From: Deltaproteobacteria bacterium
Lineage (GTDB): Bacteria; Desulfobacterota_D; UBA1144; Nemesobacterales; CSP1-2
NCBI GenBank assembly: GCA_052390235.1
Contig: JBQTHB010000003.1
Span: forward strand, 273,403-337,402
Reading direction: 5' to 3'
DNA: 64,000 bases
Position 1 is the first letter of the stretch; the number at the start of each line of letters is the position of its first letter. Shown one piece after another: positions 1-11,044 of the stretch. A model generated the notes under the pieces. The model was not told the origin of the DNA, searched no databases, and saw nothing but the letters and a program-made list of their open reading frames with translations. Position numbers and translations under genes: made by a program.

Positions 1-187
1 AATCGGCAGAGGACATACAAGTTGTGGGATGCCCTGAGCCGGCTTCGCTCGTCATCCTGAGCGAATGTTGCCGCAGCCTTGCCGCCACGCCCTTGAGACG
101 CAGGATGAGACCCTGACGGTCGCCCCCATCGAGAGTCGCCGCCGGTTCTCCACCCCCGCCGGATTCGATTAGTATAGGCTGTCTCAT
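1..187 (-). CDS. Transketolase N-terminal (TPP-binding) region, 5' part only. The gene continues beyond the window start.
   Basis: The reverse-strand ORF starts at ATG 187 with a GGAGGGAG Shine-Dalgarno. Translation is MRQPILIESGGG...LRMTSEAGSGHPTTCMSSAD. The 'AGSGHP..S.AD' block matches the transketolase/DXS TPP-binding N-terminus. It was not in the ORF track because it lacks a stop within the window. Confidence 0.5.
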   Translation of the reverse strand, partial: MRQPILIESGGGGEPAATLDGGDRQGLILRLKGVAARLRQHSLRMTSEAGSGHPTTCMSSAD

Positions 188-246
188 CGCTACTCCCTCC
201 CTGAATTTTGTATTTTCTGAGCTAGACTCATTCCCGAATCGCGCAT

Positions 247-555
247 TCAGCGCCGGCGCTGTCGGTGTGCGTCGCGCGGGCTGTCTATAGCAAGGGGATA
301 CCTCTGCGCGCCGAAGCCCTTCTCGACCAGCTCGCATAGCTCTTTCATCCCCCCCGCGGACTCGTCGCCGTGTTTGGCGGAGCGCTCAGCCCCAGTCCAC
401 AAACCGCAGGTATCTGAGCCGCAGGTTGCGCACGTCCAGACGCCGTAGAGTATCTTATAGCCGTTCTTACTCGTATTTGAGTCCAGCACTTCAAATGCGA
501 GAAAGTCTCCGCATTCTTCACACCTGTCGTTCGTGCGTATTATCCTCTCGTTCAT
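247..555 (-). CDS. Small zinc-ribbon protein (hypothetical)
   Basis: The ORF is trimmed to the internal ATG (MNERIIRTNDRCEECGDF...CATCGSDTC) with GAGG 8 nt upstream. It has two CxxC pairs. An AT-rich 'tattatatatac' promoter-like stretch lies upstream. Confidence 0.45.
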   Translation of the reverse strand: MNERIIRTNDRCEECGDFLAFEVLDSNTSKNGYKILYGVWTCATCGSDTCGLWTGAERSAKHGDESAGGMKELCELVEKGFGAQRYPLAIDSPRDAHRQRRR

Positions 556-644
556 TTCTGCGCCTCGTTGCAACGCGGTTTTTCGAGCGCGTATATATAA
601 TAAAACTCCCCGCCCCAGAATTAGCCCAGCGCGCACCCGCCAAG

Positions 645-1652
645 TTACGCATAGACAGGTTCGTCTTGTGCCGCCTCCTTCTGCGAGCGCACCCGGCTGA
701 GGGCGGCAACCGGTGTGGCAAACGGCACGGACGTCCCGTTGTAGGCGCGAATCACATGGTAAGTGAGTAGGAGCTGCGCTAGGGCAAGCGGGTGGCTGTG
801 GCGCGCCTCGACGCCGTCCTGATAAGAGCCAAGCTGCCGACCGGACAACGGACGCGGCTCGGGGAAATGAGCCAAAACGGCCTCTTCGAGTATCGTCGCA
901 CTCTCAGGGGTTACGCTTCCGTCAATCTCAAGAAAATCCGCCGGACGACCGCCGTCGCGCCCAAGCCTAAGGCGCATCCCAGGGGCGCGGGAATCATCAA
1001 ACAAGTAACTCAGGTCAGGATGGGGTATCGTGGGGCGTAGCACAAAGCCGACGTTAAGGTCTCCATTCGCCCGCTCGGCGCTGATGCCTTCTGGGGGATA
1101 GAACTTCATCACAATATCGGACGATTCCCTCTGGGGGCGGATGAAATCCTGCGAGTCGCCCTCGCGCTTGTCGAGTTCCGCCAGCACCTGCTCGACCGTG
1201 TAGCCGCGCTTTGTGGTGTCGCGCTTGACCTTCCATAGCCGCCGCAGGTCTTCAGGGGGGTCTAAATACACTTTTACGTCGTAGAATCGGCGCATCACCG
1301 GGGAGTGGAAGCCAAGCAGTCCCTCGACGATGACAAACTCCTTGGGCTGAACGTACTCAGGGCGGATAATAGAGCCTGTGGAGTGGTCATAGACGGGTTT
1401 GAGAATCGGTTGCCCGTAGTGCAGTCGCTCCAGATGAAGCTCCAGAATGTCGAGGTAGTTGCAGTCCGGGTGGAGGGCCGTGATGCCGAGTTTCGCCCGC
1501 TCACGCCGGTCATATTTATGGTAGTCGTCGGTGCAGACGTGGGTAACGCGCTCCTCGCCAAGGAGGTTAACCAGCCCCCTCGTAATTGTGGTTTTGCCGG
1601 ACGCGCTGTCGCCTACAATGCCAAGTATTATCGGTCGCTGCGGTGTGGTCAT
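645..1652 (-). CDS. prk: Phosphoribulokinase
   Basis: It has a P-loop 'IILGIVGDSASGKTT' and PRK/uridine-kinase family architecture at about 335 aa. It sits in the cbb cluster directly downstream of cbbX. There is a GAGGAG Shine-Dalgarno. Confidence 0.85.
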   Translation of the reverse strand: MTTPQRPIILGIVGDSASGKTTITRGLVNLLGEERVTHVCTDDYHKYDRRERAKLGITALHPDCNYLDILELHLERLHYGQPILKPVYDHSTGSIIRPEYVQPKEFVIVEGLLGFHSPVMRRFYDVKVYLDPPEDLRRLWKVKRDTTKRGYTVEQVLAELDKREGDSQDFIRPQRESSDIVMKFYPPEGISAERANGDLNVGFVLRPTIPHPDLSYLFDDSRAPGMRLRLGRDGGRPADFLEIDGSVTPESATILEEAVLAHFPEPRPLSGRQLGSYQDGVEARHSHPLALAQLLLTYHVIRAYNGTSVPFATPVAALSRVRSQKEAAQDEPVYA

Positions 1653-1682
1653 GTTGCGTCTCCTCGCTTCTCGGCGGGATTA

Positions 1683-2630
1683 TTAATTATCCTCCGCCGA
1701 CGCGTCAATTCCCCCTCGAAAAACACGGCTTTGTCGTATGTCGGCGGCGTCAATCCGCGCGAGTTCTCCTTTAGTAATCCGCCCCCCTCGGCTCACGAGG
1801 CGGCTCGCGTGCCGGAGCCTGAAGCGGTCAATTGCGTTGCGCACGCTTCGCCCGTTGGCAAAGTGGGGCTGACTAATCCTCAGCTGCAGATACTCCCGAA
1901 ACGCCTCCCTCGCCTCGGCGTCGAAGCAGTACATCTGGCGCGCGAGGAGTAGCTCTCCAATGGCAGTCAGCTCGTCCATCGAGTAATCGGGAAAATCAAT
2001 GTGATGGGCGATGCGGGAGCGAAATCCTGGGTTATATTGAAAAAACGTGTCCATTCTATCTCTGTATCCGGCGAGGATTACAACTAAATCGTCGCGGCGG
2101 TTTTCCATCACCTGAAGGAGCATCTCAATGGCCTCCTGCCCGTAGTCGCGCTCGTTTTCAGGGCGGTACAGATAATACGCCTCGTCAATAAACAACAGCC
2201 CTCCGGCGGCTTTTTTGAGCGCCTCTTTGGTCTTCGGCGCAGTGTGTCCCACGTACTGCCCCACGAGGTCGTCGCGCGTTGCCACAACCAAGCGGTCGTG
2301 GCGCAGATACCCAAGGCTATGGAGAATTTTCGCCATCCTGAAGGCAACCGAGGTCTTTCCCGTGCCGGGGCGCCCTGTGAAGCTCATGTGGAGCGTCGGC
2401 GGGTCGGCGGCAAGCCCCGCCCTCTTGCGCAGGCTATCCACCAAGAGCAGAGCCGCAATCTCCCGAATGCGGGATTTCACAGGGGCAAGCCCGACTAGCT
2501 CGCGGTCTAGGTCGCCGAGAATATCGCCGATATTGGACGCGCGCCTAGTCTCGTCTATATCCAGATACAGCGTCTCGTTTTCTTCGGGCATTTCCAGCTC
2601 CGATACCGATTCCGCGTTTGTGCTTTTCAT
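1683..2630 (-). CDS. cbbX: CbbX, the AAA+ red-type RuBisCO activase
   Basis: It has the Walker A 'GRPGTGKTSVA' and Walker B 'LLFIDEAY'. At 315 aa it is CbbX-sized and lies immediately downstream of cbbS. Confidence 0.85.
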   Translation of the reverse strand: MKSTNAESVSELEMPEENETLYLDIDETRRASNIGDILGDLDRELVGLAPVKSRIREIAALLLVDSLRKRAGLAADPPTLHMSFTGRPGTGKTSVAFRMAKILHSLGYLRHDRLVVATRDDLVGQYVGHTAPKTKEALKKAAGGLLFIDEAYYLYRPENERDYGQEAIEMLLQVMENRRDDLVVILAGYRDRMDTFFQYNPGFRSRIAHHIDFPDYSMDELTAIGELLLARQMYCFDAEAREAFREYLQLRISQPHFANGRSVRNAIDRFRLRHASRLVSRGGRITKGELARIDAADIRQSRVFRGGIDASAEDN

Positions 2631-2727
2631 AAGGCCACTCCTCAGCTATTCATTCCGTCCCTCGTGAGCCGTCGGGCGCATCCCCCTGCCCCGAATTCCC
2701 CTCGCCAGATGCGCCGACGGTATTGCA

Positions 2728-3150
2728 TTAATCCCCATAACGCCGCCCCGAGGGATTCACCGCAGCGTAGGAGCGTATCGTGTATCTGATTTGACGGTCT
2801 GCAAACTCCGTCCTCTCAACGTGAAATCCCGGCTCATCCTTCGGGCGGTTTACGATGAAACTCATCGCTGTCGTCTGCCTGCCGAGAGAGCGGTCGTAGC
2901 CGCTTACCTTTATATAGCGATTCGGGAAAGCCTCTCGACACTCGGCGATGGCGCGCATTACGGCGGCGTGGTCATTCATATCGAACATGGGCAGTCCCCA
3001 CATCTCCCAGTAGGTGTTGCGCGGGTGAGGGTCGTCTGTATGCTCAATTGAAACTGGCCAGCCGTTTTTGAGGCAGTAGCGCACTTGATAGGCTATCTCC
3101 TCGTCGGAGAAATCGGGCAGATATGAAAATGTGCCTTGAGTGATTCTCAT
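2728..3150 (-). CDS. cbbS: RuBisCO small subunit (red-type form I)
   Basis: The N-terminus '[19 protein letters not shown]' is the classic red-type RbcS/CbbS signature. The start is trimmed to the ATG preceded by an AAGGAGG Shine-Dalgarno. It follows cbbL. Confidence 0.9.
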   Translation of the reverse strand: MRITQGTFSYLPDFSDEEIAYQVRYCLKNGWPVSIEHTDDPHPRNTYWEMWGLPMFDMNDHAAVMRAIAECREAFPNRYIKVSGYDRSLGRQTTAMSFIVNRPKDEPGFHVERTEFADRQIRYTIRSYAAVNPSGRRYGD

Positions 3151-3231
3151 CGAAAGCCTCCTTAATCTATATGATTTACGCCGCAAGATTCCGAGCAGGC
3201 ATCGTCTACACGCTCATCTGCGCATCCCGAA

Positions 3232-4707
<1,476 letters not shown>

Positions 4708-4905
4708 CTAGATTGGGAATGCGCATTTATGGCACTGCCCATCCTTTTTTACTAATGGCGAGCAGAGCCAAGCCATCAGACGCCTCATGATAAATTTTCA
4801 TCCCCCCTTCTGCCCTTGCAAAATCCCCGGCAGCCGCGCTCCAAGCGGATTCCCCTATCCACAGAGGCGCGGCCTGCGCGGAGAGATGGAGCATAAGGAG
4901 ATAAT

Positions 4906-6360
4906 TTATTCATTGTCTAAGCCTCGCGCGAATAAATGCCGGATGGGGGCTTTAATCGCCTCGTCCATCCCATCCTGAAAGTTGATAAAATCCCCGACAG
5001 CGAGCAGGCTATAGAGGGTGTCGAGGGGGAGTTTTTGCGTCAATGGGGAGTCTAAATCCGGCAGTTTCCCCTTGCGCAACTCCCGCCACTCGGATTCGGT
5101 CGGGGCGTAGAAAAAATCCCCGAACCCTGCCTCGTCGAAACGCTTGAAGAGATTGTCGCCGTCGGTAACCTCGGCGGACTGTCGAAGTTCCGTGAGAAAC
5201 TCCACAAATTCTGGCTCGACTCTGTACAGACGCTCGATTTTCTCCATTGCCAATTTCTCCCCTCCCAATTTTTCCAGGACTCTATCGGAAACCCCAAGCC
5301 TGTCTGAATAATCCGCATCGAGGCGATTTTTTATATCCCCCGGACCCATATCGCTCTGAGCGAAAAATTCCTTCAGCGCCGGGTAAGGCACGGTATAAAC
5401 GTCGCACCCAGCGGTCAGGGGTATCGTCTGCCATCTCCTCACGCTCGCCGCCATATTCAGGGTTTTCACGCCTAGGGTATTTCTAATACGCCTGATGTGC
5501 CTCTGAGTTTTGAGAGTCGTGTGTTCGCCGAGGAGTTCAGAGTCCATGCCCTGATTTAGCCTGCCGAGAAATATATTCGCGCGGTGAACATCAGCCAGCA
5601 GGGCGGCGGCAACGACTTGCCGCGCCGAGAAAGTGGCGGTGAAATTCACTGCAATTCCCTGCCTCTCAAGGCCGCGCGCAATGAGTAGCGAGTGCGGATA
5701 ATCGGGCGTGAAAGCCACTTTGACAAAGCAGTTCGGCACGGCTTGGGCGAGACACCAGCCGGCGCGCCTCGATGCCTCCGGGTCTTTGGCAAGAGCCGTG
5801 TGAAGCTCAAGGCTTATACGCCAAGTCCTATGGGCGGCGTAGGCGTTTAGCGCTTCGAGTCCGAGCCGTCCATTGATGATGCTATAAATCAGCGCCGCCG
5901 CCTCGTCAACGGTTAAATCCGGCTTCTCCTCTAGGAGCGCGCGTGTCCATGAGACGATATTATCCCCATCGCCGCCTCCAAAAAATCTGCCGAGTACTTT
6001 CATGATTAGGGGCTGATTCGTGGTATTGCCGTCTATCTCGGTATAGAGCTTCACGCCGTCGTCATCTTCAGTGTGGACTGCGAGGTCGTGGAGTTCCTCT
6101 CGGTCGGCGGTGTCGGCGTAAATGTGAGCCGTGCCGCAGTCCCTGAGGGCGGAGAGGAGCGGATGGGAGACAAACCCTACGGGCTTTGCGGGCGGCAATT
6201 TTGCCTGAGCCGCTTTTATCAGCTTCACTAATCGTCTGTCCAATGCCATCGCATGGGTTTTGGGTTTCAGCGTCGCTATCGCACTCATAAGTCTATCTCC
6301 CGATTCAGATGCCGTTTCAATTATATTAGGGGCAACTGCCGTGCCAAGCGTCGTGGGCAA
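4906..6360 (-). CDS. Transaldolase-family protein, long form with N- and C-terminal extensions
   Basis: 'ADTADREEL...GNTTNQPLIMKV' aligns to transaldolase 'ADTGDI..DATTNPSLIL'. 'GIAVNFTATFSARQVVAAALLADVHRANIFLGRL' aligns to the 'INCNLTLLFS..ISPFVGRI' barrel strands. It is 484 aa. It is the first gene of the cbb transcription unit. Confidence 0.6.
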   Translation of the reverse strand: MPTTLGTAVAPNIIETASESGDRLMSAIATLKPKTHAMALDRRLVKLIKAAQAKLPPAKPVGFVSHPLLSALRDCGTAHIYADTADREELHDLAVHTEDDDGVKLYTEIDGNTTNQPLIMKVLGRFFGGGDGDNIVSWTRALLEEKPDLTVDEAAALIYSIINGRLGLEALNAYAAHRTWRISLELHTALAKDPEASRRAGWCLAQAVPNCFVKVAFTPDYPHSLLIARGLERQGIAVNFTATFSARQVVAAALLADVHRANIFLGRLNQGMDSELLGEHTTLKTQRHIRRIRNTLGVKTLNMAASVRRWQTIPLTAGCDVYTVPYPALKEFFAQSDMGPGDIKNRLDADYSDRLGVSDRVLEKLGGEKLAMEKIERLYRVEPEFVEFLTELRQSAEVTDGDNLFKRFDEAGFGDFFYAPTESEWRELRKGKLPDLDSPLTQKLPLDTLYSLLAVGDFINFQDGMDEAIKAPIRHLFARGLDNE

Positions 6361-6574
6361 CGCTAAATTCGCAGTAAATCAAACAATTTCAATAGCTTGC
6401 GATTGAGACAGAATTCTCTGCCAGATGGAGTTGCCGCACCGCTGAGACACCGCTGGCACAGCTAGTGAGACGGCGATGTCTCAATTTGACCCCTTCCAGT
6501 GGAGAGGCAAGAGAGGTGAGGAATACTGCCTCTGTTGGACTTCATCCTGCGGCTTTCGACAAAGCTTGGAATAA

Positions 6575-6740
6575 ACTACGTCGAAGGGAGGCGAGTGAAA
6601 ACAAGGGGCAAGATTCCTCTCTGCGTTCGGAATGACAGAGGGGAGAGGCTTGGATTGGAAATGACCCTTCATACCTAGACTCCGCTCAGGGCGCGGATGA
6701 AATGGATTCCCGCTCAGGAGACTGCGGGAATGACACCGTG
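6575..6740. repeat. MITE-like hairpin repeat locus A (modules R1 and R2)
   Basis: 'agattcctctctgcgttcggaatgacag' and 'gactccgctcagggcgcggatgaaatggattcccgctcaggagactgcgggaatgacac' are present. The upstream 'cgtcgaaggg..gtgaaaacaagggg' is shared with locus B. Confidence 0.8.
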
Positions 6741-6834
6741 GCAATATCACGGAGGGGCAGAGAAATACCGTTGACATTTCGGTATTGTCCATGCGACAAT
6801 TGAGAATAATCTATATGTCAAGGAGGGAGTCCCC

Positions 6835-7887
6835 ATGTTAAACAACCCATATTACTCGCAGGATGTCCACGGGCCCTTTGAGCTTTACGACATCGGCAAC
6901 CACACGCTCGAAGAAGGCGGCACAATACGGGGCTGCAAGCTCGCCCACGCGACCTTCGGCGCTCTGAACGCCGCAAAAGATAACGCCATCGTCGTTCCAA
7001 CGTGGTACTCAGGCACGAGCAAAATCATGGAGCAGGTCTATATCGGAGCGAATCACGCCCTAAACCCAGAGAAGTATTTCATCATCGTCATAAACCAAAT
7101 CGGCAACGGGCTATCGAGTTCGCCGCATAACACGCCTTTTCCGGGCGGCATGGGCAATTTCCCCCATGTTAGAGTCGGCGACGACGTGCGCGCGCAACAC
7201 AAGCTGGTTACGGAGAAATACGGCATCTCTAGCCTTGCCCTCGTCGTAGGAGGCTCGATGGGCGCTCAGCAGACTTATGAATGGGCAGTGAGATTCCCCG
7301 ATATGGTAAAACGCGCCGCCCCGATAGCCGGAACTGCGCAGAACACAGAACACGATTTTCTCTATACGCAGACGCTGATGGACGCAATCACATCAGACCC
7401 CGGATACAGGAACGGGTTTTATTCATGCAACACCGAGGTTCACGACGGATTAAGACGGCACGCCAAGATGTGGGCAGTGCTGGGTTGGAGCACCGAATTT
7501 TTCCAGCAGAGGCGATATGCGGATTTAGGCTTCTCCTCGATGGACGATTTTCTCAACAGCTTTATGTTCTACTACTTCGGCTCGATGGATCCGAATAATC
7601 TGCTGAGAATGGCGTGGAAGTGGCAGAGGGGGGACGTCGCCCGCAACACCGGAGGCGACCTCAAGGCGGCGCTCGGACGCATCAAGGCGAAGGTCTTTAC
7701 GATGCCGATTGACGAGGATATGTTCTTCCCGCCGAGGGACTGCGAAGCGGAGCAGAAGATGATTCCGAACAGCGAATTTCACGTGATAAAGAGCATTGAC
7801 GGGCATTTGGCGCTATTCGGCACTGACCCGAATTATATAGGGCAGGTTGACGCGTGCCTCAATAAACTGCTGGCGACTGCGGTTTAA
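6835..7887 (+). CDS. Alpha/beta hydrolase of the homoserine O-acetyltransferase (MetX-like) family
   Basis: 'GGSMGAQQTYEWA' is the nucleophile elbow typical of the MetX family. It is 350 aa. There is an AAGGAGGGAG Shine-Dalgarno. Confidence 0.65.
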   Translation: MLNNPYYSQDVHGPFELYDIGNHTLEEGGTIRGCKLAHATFGALNAAKDNAIVVPTWYSGTSKIMEQVYIGANHALNPEKYFIIVINQIGNGLSSSPHNTPFPGGMGNFPHVRVGDDVRAQHKLVTEKYGISSLALVVGGSMGAQQTYEWAVRFPDMVKRAAPIAGTAQNTEHDFLYTQTLMDAITSDPGYRNGFYSCNTEVHDGLRRHAKMWAVLGWSTEFFQQRRYADLGFSSMDDFLNSFMFYYFGSMDPNNLLRMAWKWQRGDVARNTGGDLKAALGRIKAKVFTMPIDEDMFFPPRDCEAEQKMIPNSEFHVIKSIDGHLALFGTDPNYIGQVDACLNKLLATAV

Positions 7888-7983
7888 ATTTGGCAATTAC
7901 AAGCGGGCGCGGAAGGGCAGGGTCGGCGCTCTTCCGCGCCCGATACGCCCAATGGCACATACACGATTTGGGACACCCCACAA

Positions 7984-9330
7984 TTAACTCCCGGACTTAT
8001 AATCGCGGGCTGAGAACTTGTGCTTAGCCATCAAGCGGTGAAACGTGCGGCGCGGCACTTTGGCAATTGCCGCCGCCTTGGTGATATTCCCCCTCGATTC
8101 AATGAGATAATTTAGAATCTCCTGCCTCTCGTGGCGGTCAATGAAGCGGCCCTTATCCTCCAGAAATCCCCGTCCCGTCTCGCCGGCATCTATCGCCTGT
8201 ACGTGGAACGGCAGATGCTCCGGCTCGATGGCGGAGGACACCGTCAGCACAACGGCCCTTTCTAGCACGTTTTCAAGCTCTCTGAGATTTCCGGGCCATG
8301 AGTAGCCACGGAGATGATACATAGCCGCCGGGGATATTGCCTCGACCATCTTATTGACCTTAGCCCTAGCTTTGTCGAGAAAATGCACGGCGAGCCGGGG
8401 GACGTCCTCGATTCTCTCCCGTAGCGGGGGGAGAGCGATGGTAAAGGTATTGATGCGGTAAAAGAGGTCTTCGCGGAATTTCCCCTCGCGGATGGCGTAT
8501 TCCAAGTCCCGATTGGTGGCGGCGATGACCCTTACTGATATTCTCTTTGTGCGAACCTCGCCCACAGGGCGTATTTCGCCGGTCTGAAGGGTTCTGAGGA
8601 GTTTCGCCTGAGTGTCGGGGGACATATCGCCGATTTCATCGAGGAAAACAGTTCCGCCGTCGGCTTTTTCAAATAGCCCGATTCTATCCGAAGATGCGCC
8701 TGTGAACGCGCCGCGCTTGTAGCCGAAAAGCTCGCTCTCCAGCAGTCCGGCGGATAGGGCCGTGCAGTTGATTGTTACAAGAGGGAAGTTGCTAAGCGCG
8801 CTTCGGCGGTGAATGGCTCTTGCGGCGAGTTCCTTGCCCGTGCCGCTTTCGCCGCGAATCAGCACCGTGGTCGGAGTCGGGGCTACTTTGGCTATAAGCT
8901 CGGCGACCTGCCTCATTTTTGGATTATCGCCGATGACAAATTCCGAATCCGAGTTTTGCTCAAGCTCTCTGAGGGCGAGGCGGTAGCGCTCTTTTAGGGT
9001 TTTCGCCTGAGCCTGAGCCTCGATGAATTCCCAGAAAAGGCGCGCCCCCACGGGACCTATAAGCTCGGTTCGCTCGGATTTGAGGGAGTAAATCTCCCTG
9101 CAGGCTTCGGGGTTTCCAGTGGCATCAATTATGAGGTCGGCGGGTACGGAGGGAATGAGTTGCCTGTAGTCGGTCGTAACGGGAATCCCGAGTCCCTTTG
9201 CGATGACAAAGCCCACTGCCCGCTCGTCAATATCGGCGACCCCGACGACCTTAACCGCCGGGGCTTGGAAAAATAGATTGAGAAGCGCCTGCCCGCCCCT
9301 GCCCGCTCCAACTATTATGACTCGCTTCAT
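7984..9330 (-). CDS. Sigma-54-dependent transcriptional activator with an N-terminal Rossmann-like domain
   Basis: The AAA+ sigma-54 interaction domain shows 'GESGTGKE', the 'GAFTGA' loop ('GAFTGAS') and a C-terminal Fis-type HTH. The N-terminus 'RVIIVGAGRGG...VKVVGVADID' looks like an NAD(P)-binding oxidoreductase fold instead of a receiver. Confidence 0.85.
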   Translation of the reverse strand: MKRVIIVGAGRGGQALLNLFFQAPAVKVVGVADIDERAVGFVIAKGLGIPVTTDYRQLIPSVPADLIIDATGNPEACREIYSLKSERTELIGPVGARLFWEFIEAQAQAKTLKERYRLALRELEQNSDSEFVIGDNPKMRQVAELIAKVAPTPTTVLIRGESGTGKELAARAIHRRSALSNFPLVTINCTALSAGLLESELFGYKRGAFTGASSDRIGLFEKADGGTVFLDEIGDMSPDTQAKLLRTLQTGEIRPVGEVRTKRISVRVIAATNRDLEYAIREGKFREDLFYRINTFTIALPPLRERIEDVPRLAVHFLDKARAKVNKMVEAISPAAMYHLRGYSWPGNLRELENVLERAVVLTVSSAIEPEHLPFHVQAIDAGETGRGFLEDKGRFIDRHERQEILNYLIESRGNITKAAAIAKVPRRTFHRLMAKHKFSARDYKSGS

Positions 9331-9395
9331 CCGCTCTCCAAGAGAATTTATCTCGCTCTGAAATTTTCGCAGAGTAATTCCATCGAATATCAGGT

Positions 9396-9716
9396 CTAAT
9401 GCCCGCGTTGGGGCCAGGGGGCATCAAGGGGCCACCTGCAACGGTCAACCCCGCCCGACATTGACTCCATCTCGGCGAGGAGGTCGTCATAAAAGGCGCG
9501 CCACGCCGCAACCCCGGCATTCGGCGCCGGGAAATTTCCCGAAAAAAATAGCCACGCCTCTGGCATAGAATCGGTAGAAGAGGGACTAAACGGAAGCGAT
9601 TCGTCCGCCACTGCGGCGCGCCGCCAAGCGTATTCCTCGCCGCGCCGCTCGATATAGACCATCTCGCCGTCCAGATTTGAAGCCATAAGCTCGGAAAACA
9701 GCTCTTCTCGGCTCAT
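9396..9716 (-). CDS. Hypothetical acidic protein (106 aa)
   Basis: The ORF is spaced 30 bp downstream of the 432-aa hypothetical protein and is probably co-transcribed. There are no recognisable motifs. Confidence 0.4.
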   Translation of the reverse strand: MSREELFSELMASNLDGEMVYIERRGEEYAWRRAAVADESLPFSPSSTDSMPEAWLFFSGNFPAPNAGVAAWRAFYDDLLAEMESMSGGVDRCRWPLDAPWPQRGH

Positions 9717-9745
9717 ACTCGCTCCCCCTCCTCAATATATTTGAT

Positions 9746-11044
9746 TTAGCGTCTGGCTTTGTCCGGCGGCATCCCCCCTCGGTCTAGGGAGAACGTAGAG
9801 CCGCCGAGGCGCCCCGGCTCGAATTCCGAATCCCCCATGCTCTTGCGGTAAAATTCCGAGAGTTGAGGGGAGGCGTCCTGCCCCTCGTTCATCGCAATGC
9901 AGGGCTTCACAAAAGCGCAGGTGGAGCAGTTCTCCCTAGATGGGCTTGGATAAATCCGAACCTCAGGATTTGCCATCTCCATAGCCTCCATCACGATTTG
10001 CCGCCCGAAATTCTCAATTGCCGCCCGGCTCCTCGGAACGTGCGTGCGGCGAAAGGAATCCCCGCAGAACGTCTGTTTCATCGTGAAATCGGGTTCTCGT
10101 ATAGCTTGCAGATAAATACGGCGCGAGGGGCTAGCTTTGGGGGCGGGGTTTGGTTTATTTGGAAAATTCGAGGGATTAGAGGGGATTTGCCCGCCCGATG
10201 GGGATGAGTCCTTGCGAAGCTCGTTATAGACGACGCCCGCGATTTTCATTCCGGGGAAATAGCTCTCAAGCGCCCAGCAGTGAGAGAGTTCCCGCTCGTC
10301 GAGCAGGAGATTTTCCGCATACTCCCACGCGCCTTCCACGACCCTGTGTTTAATTATCCAGTAGGCGTTATATTCGTCCACCGCGAGCAGATTCACACGC
10401 CCCCTGTAGCGTATGGGCAGAACGGGAATGGCGCCGGGAACAACCAAATCCTGCCCCGGGCGGGCGGGGTCTGGGATATTCACCTCGAAATCCGGCTCAA
10501 CCTGAATCGGCGAGAAATCGTCAACCGAAGCCGCCCACTCGAAATAGCGATTCAGCATCAGCTCGCCGAAGGCTAGTTGCGCCTCATGGTCAGGGGACTC
10601 CATCCCGCCGCCGCCGAATTTATCCCTCTGATTGCGCATAGATTTATAGAACCCCTCAATTACGAGCGGCAGGACAATTCGGCGATTCCACTCCCACATA
10701 CCGGGGAAATAATATACGGCAAGGGCGTCGCTTATAGCCCGCTGAAAGTCAAGCGCCCGTGATGTTCCGACCGGCTCGAAATTCCCCCGCTCGCCGCTTT
10801 GAAAATTCCAAGCGCGCCGACACCTCTTAAATAGCTCTCTTTCCTGAGTGCGGATGATATAAGCCCACGCCACCGAGGTTTTCCCCTTTTTTGGGTGTGA
10901 TGATTCGGCAGGGAGCGGCTCGATTTGCGCCGCCGGGCGGCTACTGTTGGGAGCGCGTGGAGGGGTCGAAATCAGCAGAGGGGGAGATTGAGCGTCCGGC
11001 GCGTCGGATGAAAAAAAGCCGCCATCGCCATAGTTCAATTTCAA
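9746..11044 (-). CDS. Hypothetical protein with a Cas4/RecB-like cysteine signature (possible PD-(D/E)xK Fe-S nuclease fold)
   Basis: There is an N-terminal Cys ('KRCRRAW'), a C-terminal 'CSTCAFVKPC' (C-x2-C-x5-C) and a 'QLSEFY' (QxxxY) motif. There is a strand-like 'GRVNLLAVDE...WIIKHR'. The N-terminus is Pro/Ser-rich and low-complexity. The annotated start is TTG, so the true start is uncertain. Confidence 0.45.
   Translation of the reverse strand: MKLNYGDGGFFSSDAPDAQSPPLLISTPPRAPNSSRPAAQIEPLPAESSHPKKGKTSVAWAYIIRTQERELFKRCRRAWNFQSGERGNFEPVGTSRALDFQRAISDALAVYYFPGMWEWNRRIVLPLVIEGFYKSMRNQRDKFGGGGMESPDHEAQLAFGELMLNRYFEWAASVDDFSPIQVEPDFEVNIPDPARPGQDLVVPGAIPVLPIRYRGRVNLLAVDEYNAYWIIKHRVVEGAWEYAENLLLDERELSHCWALESYFPGMKIAGVVYNELRKDSSPSGGQIPSNPSNFPNKPNPAPKASPSRRIYLQAIREPDFTMKQTFCGDSFRRTHVPRSRAAIENFGRQIVMEAMEMANPEVRIYPSPSRENCSTCAFVKPCIAMNEGQDASPQLSEFYRKSMGDSEFEPGRLGGSTFSLDRGGMPPDKARR

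Noticed and set aside
1305-1952. 215-aa plus-strand ORF overlapping prk/cbbX, and similar long antisense ORFs (for example 44751-45497 minus, 49501-50208 plus, 53451-54197 minus)
   Set aside because: They lie antisense within genes that have strong family signatures. They have no Shine-Dalgarno and their composition is low-complexity, so they are shadow ORFs.
6481-6834. Possible SAM-I (S-box) riboswitch in the leader of the MetX-like gene ('caagagaggtgaggaatactgcc')
   Set aside because: There is only a loose resemblance to the S-box 'AUCAAGAGAGGUGGAGGGACUGGCC' core. The downstream 'AUGAAACCCGGCAACC' element is absent, and the region is dominated by repeat modules. It would need cmsearch to revisit.
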